NCBI GenBank assembly: GCA_002633005.1
Contig: NMRA01000234.1
Span: 307,535-371,534, forward strand
DNA length: 64,000 bases
Origin: Phoronis australis
Taxonomy: Eukaryota > Animalia > Phoronida
Direction: 5' to 3'
A model generated the notes under the pieces. The model searched no databases. It had not been told where the DNA came from and was given only the letters and a program-made list of their open reading frames with translations. Every line of letters starts with the position of its first letter. The first letter of the stretch is position 1. Of this stretch, positions 28,501 to 39,779 are shown in pieces. The position numbers were made by a program, and so were the translations under genes.

Positions 28501-31500
28501 ATGTAATCACTTGATTATTCAGAATGTTCTGAAAAACTGACCACTGCCACTTGTTCGTATATGTTCACTTCAGGGGTACCTCAAGTCATCGTTTTACATC
28601 AACAACAACTTCACCAAATTCCTCTATCAGTGTTGGATCCACGACAGCGTGTCCTGTTGCTAAGCTAAAGCACAAGTCCTCCAAGTCATCAGGTGGCAGC
28701 ACTAGTCCCACACTGACCCCCACAGCTTCACCCACCCCTGGTAAAACGGGGTACATCCAGGTACAGTACTGTTCTTTTGTTTGGGTAGCAGATTTGTTGG
28801 AAAATGGGGCATGGTTGTTGGTGGTATAGAGATATGTACGAGTACACAACGTTGCAGGTCCTAATTATTGATTGATGGATTACTGTCATACAAACAAGAT
28901 GTGTCTTGAAATTATCTTCAGCATTTCAAGGGGGAAACGATTCCAAAGCGGTGCCTCTACATTCCAGCTACAATCCGCTAAACATACAGAATCCTGGGCC
29001 AGTGAACACCAGTCACACGGTAGAAATTCCAGACTCGCACCCCTAAACTCCTCACTCATGCTGGAAATTTGCTATACTTATTACAAAGCTGTATAAATAC
29101 TATTATATTACTTTAAAGCAATCTGCCAGGTAAAAACTTGTAAAAAGAAATCTGACGCAGAGTCAATGTCATTAAAATCTGAATGCTCCGTTGAGTCAAC
29201 TAACGTGATTGGTGGAGCGAAAACAACGCTGTTGCTCTATTATTGGGCAGGTGCATTTGTGGAGCGATCGTGTATGCCAATTTTAAGTGCCATAGAATAG
29301 AGCTCCATCTGTTGGTCAATGTCTGTTTTCGCTAATTCTTCAATCCACTTTTTTTCACAAGTTAGCACAACAAATTTCCAGAAATGGTTGCACTTGGTTA
29401 ATACCGAATTTTTCTGTGGCAAGGTGTTGTGTTCTGAAAATGTTACTTCTGTCATCAAACCAAAAAATGGAGAAATGCGTGCGTGTGTCACAAGCGTTCT
29501 TTACTAAATTCAAGGACTCTTACAAAAGTGGGAGAGTGATGCAAGTGAATGTTGTCATTAGATTACATTTTTTCTTATAATATACTGTCGTGCTGAAAAA
29601 GATATGTATCATTTGAATGTCTGAGTTGCATTTTTATGCAAGTTTCGTGGTTAAAGGACGGCAAATGGAGTTGTGCAATCTTTGCTATTTTTTAAATAAA
29701 ATCTACATTGATTCCTTGCTGTGTATTAACAGTGCAGTCATACACAGCGAGGTGACCAAGCTCCACACCAAAGACTAAAGCCCAGTGTGGGACCGTTCAG
29801 TCTGACTGAAGAATATGGTTTCCTGATATGGAGCACTTTCAGCACCTGTGGAATTTAAGAGTGCGGGTCTGGGATAGTTCTGTGGTATTGGGATGTTTGA
29901 TTGTCCATTAGGGGGTTTAAAGGATCAAAGCTGGATTTTAGAGGCACAGACATGGAATGGTTTCCACCCTCTTTTTGTTTTTGCTTTGATTTTCATGGAT
30001 TTCTTACGAAACCTTCACTATGAGGTCAGATTTGTTTACGGTGATGAAAATATGTGTGCACTGTCCTTTTGCTGAGTGTTAAGCAAATGACCTCCCTTTG
30101 TTTCAGTTGAACGGAAGCACACATAACAACTCTGTTAGTGGCAAAGGATGTTCTGAAGAAGGTAATAAATTTGGCTTGTAGTACATAAGTAAAGTCAGGC
30201 AAAAATAATGTAAATGTGAAGCAGATTAATTACTTACTCACTTAGAGATAAACTGATAGTGGAATGTGTAATAAAAAAAATATGTATTCATATTATTTTA
30301 ACTACAAAACTTGAGCTGCGAAGTCGGAAACTTGCTTCAATTCATATTCATTCTAAATATTGGAAGATGATTGACAAACTGCAAAGCCTTTGCCACCAAT
30401 ATTCATCATCATTGGACTAAACTATAAGCAATGACTTCTGTGATTGGTGGATTGTTTACTTCTCTTTATTACAACTATCTCCTCCTTATTACATACTGTT
30501 GTCAAAATGACAAGGTGTGAAAGATTGCACATTCTGAGCTGTAAAGAATATAGCTTCTGAAAGATGTGAACATCCGTTTTTGCCATATTATTTTGAAAAA
30601 TGGCAGTGTCTCATTGAAAAGCTCAAGGAACTGTTCAGTTTATATTGCAAGTTGTTTATAGACCGGCAGCCCAGAGCACTTAGCATAGATGAACGAGGTA
30701 CCAACATCTGACCACGGGAGCATTTAAAGCCCACCTCAGTATGTACAGAAATGGGCGTCTGCCGTTGTCTGCACTCTGGGTGTGACCCCTGGGGGCCTTA
30801 CAAAGACCCCAAAAAATGAGCTAGCCTAGATATTCGAGGTACCAACCAAAACTGATTTAAAACGAACAATAGTACCGCACTGAACACCGAATGACCCATG
30901 ACAGACAAATTGCACTCTGGAATGGGTCCGGCAGAAACCAAAAAAGGACCCCCCAAAAATGAGCTAGCACATACATTCGAGGTACCACACAAAACCAATT
31001 CCATGTGATTCAATACATGTCACAGATCACTAAAACCCCTATGACAGACAAAATACACTCTGGGTTNNNNNNNNNNNNNNNNNNNNNNNNNNNNNNNNNN
31101 NNNNNNNNNNNNNNNNNNNNNNNNNNNNNNNNNNNNNNNNNNNNNNNNNNNNNNNNNNNNNNNNNNNNNNNNNNNNNNNNNNNNNNNNNNNNNNNNNNNN
31201 NNNNNNNNNNNNNNNNNNNNNNNNNNNNNNNNNNNNNNNNNNNNNNNNNNNNNNNNNNNNNNNNNNNNNNNNNNNNNNNNNNNNNNNNNNNNNNNNNNNN
31301 NNNNNNNNNNNNNNNNNNNNNNNNNNNNNNNNNNNNNNNNNNNNNNNNNNNNNNNNNNNNNNNNNNNNNNNNNNNNNNNNNNNNNNNNNNNNNNNNNNNN
31401 NNNNNNNNNNNNNNNNNNNNNNNNNNNNNNNNNNNNNNNNNNNNNNNNNNNNNNNNNNNNNNNNNNNNNNNNNNNNNNNNNNNNNNNNNNNNNNNNNNNN

Positions 31501-34500
31501 NNNNNNNNNNNNNNNNNNNNNNNNNNNNNNNNNNNNNNNNNNNNNNNNNNNNNNNNNNNNNNNNNNNNNNNNNNNNNNNNNNNNNNNNNNNNNNNNNNNN
31601 NNNNNNNNNNNNNNNNNNNNNNNNNNNNNNNNNNNNNNNNNNNNNNNNNNNNNNNNNNNNNNNNNNNNNNNNNNNNNNNNNNNNNNNNNNNNNNNNNNNN
31701 NNNNNNNNNNNNNNNNNNNNNNNNNNNNNNNNNNNNNNNNNNNNNNNNNNNNNNNNNNNNNNNNNNNNNNNNNNNNNNNNNNNNNNNNNNNNNNNNNNNN
31801 NNNNNNNNNNNNNNNNNNNNNNNNNNNNNNNNNNNNNNNNNNNNNNNNNNNNNNNNNTCTTCTCAGAGTTAATAAGCGTAGATGTCCCAGACGGAAGAAA
31901 GTTAGAAGAAGACATATGCCTCCTATTTAATGAAGGGAGGAGTCAAAGATGTCAATGACGCGCCGATATCTGAAATTAATAGAGACGACCGGAAAAATGA
32001 ACAAGGTAATAACTGTAATTGATAAAATATAGTTCATAAAAGCAACGAAAATAATTTCAAATGTTTTCATACTGTTAAACCAAAATGCCCAGTTTCACGT
32101 CAAAAAACAGTAAATGGTTGCGAGATTTCATGCGCACACCCAGGGGGGCTCGGGGGGCTCGAAGGAGCCCCCCATTAGGCGAAGTGGGCAAAAAGGTCAG
32201 CCTCAGAGAAACAAACAGTCCGTGGAAACGAGACAAAAGTCCACTAAAAAGGCGCAGACGCACAGTTTACAGTACTGAAGGTGGTACCCCTTTTTTTTTA
32301 GTCCTCCAGCTTTTCTGTTAGCAAAAGGTCCACTTGGTCAGAAATTTGAGCCCCTCAAAACTAGAGGCTGGGTGCGCGCATGGGTTTTATGTTTTTGTTC
32401 GTCAGCTTTTAGACAATTGGTCCCTTGTCAATAAAATTTTCTCCGATGTCCAACATCAAGAAGATTGACTGCGCATTTTTCCTCCTTGCCGAAAGACACT
32501 ATTGAACAAGCTCAAACGAGCCCATTATGTTGCCGTGCTCTGAAGCCAAGTGGATTCGGCCGATCTGGAAAACGGTTTGGATCCTCTTACCTACGGTTGG
32601 AAGGTACAAGATGGATACTACATTCCCAAATGGTTTTGTGGATCTGCTGTTCCTGATGTCCTTTTTGAAGGTGCTGGTCTTTTACAAGAAAACCAAGCCG
32701 ATCAAGAGGTAAAGGAAATGGGCTATGACGAAACAAGCGAGCCCGAATCAAGCTGGAGTAGTAGTGACGAATCTGATATTGAAACGTATTAAAAACTAAC
32801 AGGAAACTACTGTTGACATTAAACATATAGTATGTAGCTTGATATAGTGATTTTAACTACCTGTTACTATGCTGTCTGAAAGTGTTGCTCTATTTCATGT
32901 ACTTTATTTTGATTAAAGAAGGTTTTTGAAAACACGTTTGTTACTTTTCTTTCAACGTATTGTTTAGTAGTCAATGAGATGAAAGGGCTCCTTGGAAATA
33001 ATTTTCGTGGTTCCTCGATCTAGCGCAAATTTAGGGGCCATGTGTTGTCGCTTACGTATCCTTTCTGCTGGCAGTTTTGATAGCGTTTTATATTTTACAC
33101 AATCTGTGTCCTTAAACTTCACTGAGTGGGTTGGTTTTAGACAGTTCCTGGTATCCCAAAGTTTTACTGTTATCAGGTACTTTCCAAAATGCTTACTCTC
33201 CGCCATCATCCATTTAACATCCAGTGTGAGAGCTCAGTAGACGCAAAAGTATAAGCTCATTATGTCATATACATTCAAAATTACTGACCGGTAGTTGAGA
33301 TTTCTGGGGCTGGCGAGCACAACCCACACTGGGTTTTAACTGTCATAGCGTATTTGGTAACCAGTAACATCTATTTGAATCACATGGAATTGTTTATTGT
33401 GGTACCCCCGAATGATGACCTAGCTTCTTTTGCGGTGTAACTGAGTTTCTGGCGAACGCCTTCCAGAGCACAATTTGTTGTCTGTCATGGGTCATCTGGT
33501 GGATTATTGGTTTTAAGTCAGTTTTAGCCGGTACCTCGGGTATCTAATGTACCTCAAAGTTTTGATAGCATATATTGTGGTTGAAATTTTTTGGTGTTTC
33601 TTCCAGGCACAATCCAGAGTGTATTTTGTCTGTCATAGGGCATTTAGTGACCTGTGACATGTGTTGAACCTCATGGAATTGGTTTTGAGAGGTACCTCAA
33701 ATGTATAAGCTAGCTCATTTTTTGGGGGGAGGCCCTTTTTTGGTTTCTGTTGGACCCATTCCAGGGTGCAATTTGTCTGTCATGGGTCATTTGGAGTTCA
33801 GTGTGGTACTATTGTTTGTTTAAAATCAGTTTTGGCCCGTACTTCGAAAATCGAGTCTAGATCAAATTTTTGATGGCATACCTTGGTTGAGATTTTTGGG
33901 GGTTTCTGCCGGGCACAACCCAGAGTGTATTTTGTCTGTCACAGGGGTTTTAGTGATCTGTGACATGTATTGAATCACAAGGAATTGGTTTTGTGTGGTA
34001 CCTCGAATGTATGTGCTAGCTCATTTTTGGGGGGTCCTTTTTGGTTTCTGCCAGACCCATTCCAGAGTGCAATTTGTCTGTCACGGGTCATTTGGTGTTC
34101 AGTGCGGTACTATTGTTCGTTTAAAATCAGTTTTGGCGGGTACCTCGAAAATCTAGTCTAGCTCAAATTTTTATGGCATACCATGGTTGAGACTTTTGGG
34201 GGTTTCTGCCGGGCACAACCCAGAGTGTATTTTGTCTGTCATAGGGGTTTTAGTGATCTGTGACATGTATTGAATCACATGGAATTGGTTTTGTGTGGTA
34301 CCTCGAATGTATGTGCTAGCTCATTTTTGGGGGGTCCTTTTTTGGTTTCTGCCGGACCCATTCCAGAGTGCAATTTGTCTGTCATGGGTCATTCGGTGTT
34401 CAGTGCGGTACTATTGTTCGTTTTAAATCAGTTTTGGTTGGTATCTAGTCTAGCTCATTTTTTGGGGTCTTTGTAAGGCCCCCAGGGGTCACGCCCAGAG

Positions 34501-36208
34501 TGCAGACAACGGCAGACGTCCATTTCTGTACATACTGTGGTGGACTTTAAATGCTCCCGTGGTCAGATGTTGGTACCTGGTTCATCTATGCTAAGTGCTC
34601 TGGGCTGCCGGTCTATTTAGTCAACGCCCTGGTGTCATTCAAGGTTTTTTTGACAGCTAGTACAGCAGTGCGTGTTTATAGAAGTTCTCAATGAACCATT
34701 ATTCCAAATGTTTGTTGAATGATTAAGAACTTGTCTGATGTGAAGCATTGTCCAATGCATTAGCACTCTTTTGCAAATGTATTTTTCAATTGGAGAAACA
34801 AGCATAACTTTTCTTTATTGTGTATCTTACAACGGTATATATTACCATTGCGACACATGCATTTACATTATTATTTATTTTGGAAATTTCTGGTTCACTG
34901 CATGTATTAACCTGTTTCAAAGGTAAGTAAGTGGGAAAATTATCAGCTGAAGTTTCAATACGTTAACATGTGGGTGTGCTTCCATACTTCATTCGTGGTT
35001 GCCATGGTTACATCTTACGGGCATGAAAGTTGTATTGGAGGAGGGTTATAGTTTGGTTGGAAACCAAATTCAACTTTACAAAACTTAAAATTCATTGTTA
35101 TTTCCTAAAGTAGAAGTAATGACAATGTATATGATTGTAGTTGTAACTGTGTATAGCTTGTAATACGATGAGTGAAGAAGTGGTGATGACAGTCAGTATG
35201 TTCATCTTAAGACTACTGGTATAAGTGATTTAAAGCGGCATTCCTTTCTTTGCAGATGAGTTGGGTAGTATACTAAAGAAGATATCTCTTGAGCAGTACA
35301 CAGACATCTTTGAAGAACAGGAGGTGGACATGGAGGCCTTTCTCTCGCTGAGCGACTGTGACCTGAAGGAGCTTGGTATATCACACCCTGAACCACGCCG
35401 ACAGATACTGTCTACTATCACTGAACTCAGATCTGGCAAGGTTGGTATCACATTGAGCACTACAGTTTTTTCCGTTTAGCTGTCAGAAAAACAAAATCAT
35501 AATTAGGCCACTTTTGCCTTTGTTTACAAGCAATATTGGTTGATCATAATTAACCGTAAAAGATTTTGTGTGAATTTGTGTCAACCATTTCTATGAATTC
35601 ATATGAATGATATATTCATCTTCTTTAATGCATGATATAATTTTTTTCCAACATTTCTTATCAGTCGTGATAATCTTAAGGATTTCATATCACTTAGGAA
35701 TGGTTAATGATCGTGAGGTTTCCTATGAATGAGGATCAGGCTGATATCAGTTCATATTCACTTGTTAAGCGGAACTGTATAGCTCACTATGACTGGACTC
35801 CAGTAAAACCATCCAAAGGCCAGCCACAGGTTAACAATGATTCAGAACAATGGTTAGGGATGGCTTCACTGTCAGCACAGCTTTTCATTTCCAACTGAAT
35901 GTGGAATCTGGTACCATCATGTGAAGAAACATTTATTTCAAGTACAATTTCATGTTCTGTGGGAGTGCTATGGTTATTTCCACTAGTGCTGTACAAATTA
36001 AAAAAATTATATAGATTGCGTTACGCAATATGTTACTGCTTGTTTTCAGGGCAGGGAAAGGCAGCACTTTCACGACACAATGACCAACTTTCAAACCAGG
36101 AACTCCTACAGCCGACCAAATTCTAGCGAGGTCAACTTATCTGCCTGGGCTATTCAAGAGGAAGCACCAGGGAGCGCTGTCAACAGTGCTAAGTCAAGGT
36201 CTTCATAA
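13564..36208 (+). CDS. ANKS6: Ankyrin repeat and SAM domain-containing protein 6 (858 aa, 15 coding exons)
   Basis: join(13564-14302, 17963-18007, 19375-19582, 21557-21654, 22117-22264, 22998-23028, 24476-24613, 24867-24995, 26429-26581, 27467-27704, 27902-27965, 28574-28760, 30107-30161, 35256-35440, 36050-36208) = 2577 nt, all GT-AG with consistent phases. N-terminal ankyrin repeats, ANKS6 signatures [29 protein letters not shown] and [11 protein letters not shown], a Ser-rich linker, then the SAM domain [35 protein letters not shown]. The start could instead be the Met at 13573. Confidence 0.95.
14611..14687. repeat. Tandem duplication, 37-bp unit x2
   Basis: TTTTAGAGACACATTTGTCCAGAGCAATGCAATGAAA repeated directly. 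Confidence 0.85.
15945..16158. repeat. Minisatellite, 21-bp unit, ~10 copies
   Basis: CCAGACAAGGGGTGACTGCTC-like unit; explains the repetitive ORFs 15892-16200 and 15990-16235. Confidence 0.9.
16628..17866 (+). mobile_element. Second, diverged Helentron copy (inverted relative to 1540-3047), in ANKS6 intron
   Basis: Begins TTTTATGCGCCCACATTTAAATATTTGGGCGCAT and ends TTGCATTGCTCTTGTT, matching the reverse-complemented termini of the first copy. Internal CTAGTGG-type motifs recur. Confidence 0.7.
21048..21303. repeat. Minisatellite, 32-bp unit x8
   Basis: CATCAATTGCTGTGTGTGCAAGTCATG(A/C)AAGT tandem copies. Confidence 0.95.
21406..21489. mobile_element. Short palindromic MITE related to 11318-11409
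   Basis: TACAGGGATCCTGCATTTTGAGAACCAG ... CTGGTTCTCAAAATCAGGGATCTCTGTA imperfect IR. Confidence 0.6.
23080..24010. repeat. Minisatellite, ~53-bp unit, spanning assembly gap 23205-23793
   Basis: CCCTGATAAATACAATCAGATGAACCCCCCATAGAAG.. copies on both sides of the N run. Confidence 0.9.
30659..34615 (+). mobile_element. Defective Academ DNA transposon in ANKS6 intron
   Basis: Termini TAG...CTA, at least 400 bp of near-identical terminal IR, exact 4-bp TSD TTTA (30655-30658, 34616-34619). Subterminal ~150/300-bp tandem repeats. Frameshifted transposase C-terminus: KDVNDARYLKL (~31945) and [39 protein letters not shown] (32480-32640). Contains gap 31067-31857. Confidence 0.85.
32129..32382 (+). 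mobile_element. MITE nested in the Academ element
   Basis: TIR CATGCGCACACCCA / TGGGTGCGCGCATG; homologous inverted copy at 43694-43952. Confidence 0.7.
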
Positions 36209-37692
36209 AACAGCATTATTTTCTTACTGTGATATTCACCAACTGGTTTATCATTAACATTTCTGTGATAAGAAAGTTGTTACAAAGAGATTCACTCATT
36301 TTTGATAGCATTGCAAATAGTGCCTTATAATACTTAACAGTCATTTTCTTTGTGTCAATGTTTATCATAGAATGTTTTTTCAATGTTGTAACACTTAGAA
36401 AGTTGAAATTCACCAGGTGACGCTGCTTGACAAATGCATGTGTTCAGCCACTCCAGTTTGACCCATACTAATGAGGGTTCCGTTTTCAATCTATTCAAAT
36501 ATTAAAACGAGGACCTAGTCCTCCTAAATCACTGCCACCTAGTCAAATGGGGTCTCCCAAAGCAATATGGCAACCGATGACGTTTCCACTTATTGTAAAC
36601 AGCTGTATTGTGTTGGTGCTGAAACTGAAATGGAAAAAATTCTCGTAATTGTTCAAGGATACGAGTATTTTTATTGCTGTACATTTTCGTAATCAACAGG
36701 TTTATGTTAGACGTGCAAGTTAAGTTTCATTCAGTATTCACTATATTTTGACATTTTTAATCATGTTTGTCTTAGATTTTTGCATGTAGGATTTTTTAAG
36801 TGGTTTAGTTATCTAGTCTTTTATGCCTCATTTTTTATGTGCCCGCATACATACATCTATGTGTGTACATATTGCCATCATCTCAGTCTGGCATCAGTCC
36901 ATCCAGCATCCACAGCTGTATCTCCAAATCCCCTTACATAGTCTGTGTGTTTCCCTATGCACCTGTTGGTGGATGACTTCAGGACTAATTCAAATTCTGC
37001 AGAACCATCTTTTGGTAATTTGCACTCTTTTCTTGCATTTGCTGTTTTCCTCAGCTGAATCACGCAACTATTTTGACATTCCGACTCAGCTGATACTGAT
37101 AAATTAAACAGATAAGGGACAAAAGGATAAAATTGGTGATCAAGGTTTCATAAAATTACATCTCAATTAAAAAATGCTCGACCTTTCCCAACTTTTTCTG
37201 AGCTGTATTATCAAGAGAATGAATAAATACAACATGCAAAACATATGGTAGGAAAATTACAGAGACTACTGGTATGTGAATAGTTGGATGTCGTAGAATG
37301 ACGACATTCTGTAGAGTTGGGGTCGTGTTCTAAAATTTAGAGCTTTCTTTTACAAACAAATGGATTTACTAGCATCGTGGTCCAGTATTTATCACATGGC
37401 TATTAACAGAACTTTTTTATCCTTTGAATGTTTAAATTTCAAAATCCGACAAGTCATGCCAATAAATGATGCCTCACAGTCAATCCAGCTCAAACAATTT
37501 ACACAACATTAGATCGCTGATGTGTCCACATCAGGAATTGTTTGGATCTATTGAGAGAAAACGCATCTTAAATATTTGACAGACACCTTCACAATTGGCT
37601 TGGGTGCAAAAACTATTATTTCTTAGAAATCTACCAATATGGTACTGAATACCTTTTATAGTAAACAAGGCCAATTTTGCCAAAACGCTTCT

Positions 37693-37945
37693 GAGGGCTG
37701 TTCCAGCAAAATCTGTATGGGAGGGGGGGAAGGCACTTTTATTTCGTACCCACCGCCCATATTTTTCATTTATTTCTCCAACCCATGACCCATAATTTTT
37801 TAATTATTTTTAATAGGTTAAAATATAAAATCCAACACTTGCAAACAAATTGCCTCCAGGAAGACCTGTTAAGGGCTGTTCCAGTAAAATCTGTATGGGA
37901 GGGGGGAAGGCACCTTTTTTCGCACCCACCACTCATATTTTTCAT
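37693..37945. repeat. Direct repeat (~70-bp block x2), probably MITE ends
   Basis: AGGGCTGTTCCAG(C/T)AAAATCTGTATGGGAGGGGGG(G)AAGGCAC at ~37694 and ~37872. Confidence 0.6.
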
Positions 37946-39779
37946 TTATTTCTTCAGCCTACCACCCGTGAACTCTTTTATACTTCTATGTCAAGTGAAT
38001 ATTGGAGCTTGTGTATTGGGATAAGTTAGGATACATGCCAATTGCATTTTTTTGAGTTTAGATGGCTGAAGTAACCAACCTGTCAACATTAACAGGTCAA
38101 AAAATACCACCCATTTTTAATGCATCACTTCTTACAGTAGTGACCACCCATAATTTTGAGTTCTTTTCTGAAGACCACCAGCCATGAATTTTTATTTCTA
38201 CTGCCGTCCGGCTTGAAAATTTCGTGGGGCAGTATTGAGGTGAATGTGGTCATTAACACAGCCAACTACGATAGTATTGTATTTATCGTAAATATTACAC
38301 GTCTGCCTGTTGGTGCAAAATGTGGGATCATGCGTCAATTTGTTCAAAGTATGCAAACTGTTTAGAGACAGTTGGGTTTTGATGACTTGAAAAAATGTTT
38401 TATACAATATTGTTTTGTCGTCAGATTGTTTCATTTTAAGAGTGTACCTCAGGTTTTTAATATCACAGAATATTAAGAAGCATCTGAAAGTCTCTAACTA
38501 TCAGTTCAGGTCAATTCCTATGTCTGGCTAATGGCTTTGTCTAGAGTTTCAACTGAATTTGCAACTTCCCACGGCTACAAAATTTACCATTAGCATTTAT
38601 GGTTCACTGAAAACACCAGTTTTAAAATTGCCAAAATCAGACTTTATACCTGTCATAGCGGAATTAAAATTTGAGGCGGCACTTAAGGTTTGAAGTGTTT
38701 CTGAGGTGGGTAAAATAGTTGTGTGTTCTCTTCTACACAGAATAAGACGTACAACAGCTCTACGTTCATCTCAATTCAGAACTGTAGTAATCACTGCCAT
38801 TGTTTTTAAACATCCTCAAAGGAATAGCCAGAGCTGCGTTCTGTGGATGCAAGCAACTAGCAAAAAAGCAGGGTGACAAGTCTTCTAAAGATGCAGCCTT
38901 GCATAAAAAACAAAGAACATGATCACACTCACTTTTCTTGCAAATGACTTTGGTCTACAGAACACAGCTCAAATATTTACGTAGATACTGTGTACATATT
39001 AGCGCCAGTTTAATTTTGATTTCATACACTGCATCAACAATTCTGTGGTTAAATAGTACATTATCTATTTTCTTGAATGCAAAACGATGTGCAATATTTT
39101 GCAGGAACTTAATATTTTATACATAAGGCACTGACTTTAATACAGGAGCTGTTCTACCAATATATCTCTGTTTTAGATAGTCATATGGGATTTTTTACAG
39201 CATCTGTTCTGGTACATTTTAAAATGTTCAAAGGAGCAATAAACTGTGTCTTCTGCCAAAACAATTGTTCTTTATTTACTCCATTAACTATAATAAACTT
39301 GGTCTCATCTTGTTCAATATCTTTAAAATGATTTCAAGACTTGAACAAAGCTGACAATTCATTATTGCTTCAAACAAAGTCCACCAAGATTTTGTTACAT
39401 CTGGGTAATTTCAGTTGCCAACACAGTATGGCTGCTAAAGTAATTCAAGGCAATTCACTGATTGAATTTAAAGTTGAAAACACCATGCCATTGCCTTTGA
39501 AGAGCTAATACACCTGTGAACTTTATGTTCACAACAGCACAATACAGTTTACAGCATTTTTAACAATTGCCGACTTATCTTTCATCTTGTCAACTGTCAT
39601 ATTTGGTGCCAGGTACAACGCGTTTTAATGGAATCCGTGATCAATGTTCTACATGTACGAGGAACAAAGTTGCACAGCCATCAACTGGTCTTAGATTCAC
39701 TTTCAATGTTATATCTTCACAACAATATTTACACCACAATCGTCAACCAAGACCTTTCGATGTCCATTGCAGAGAGCCT

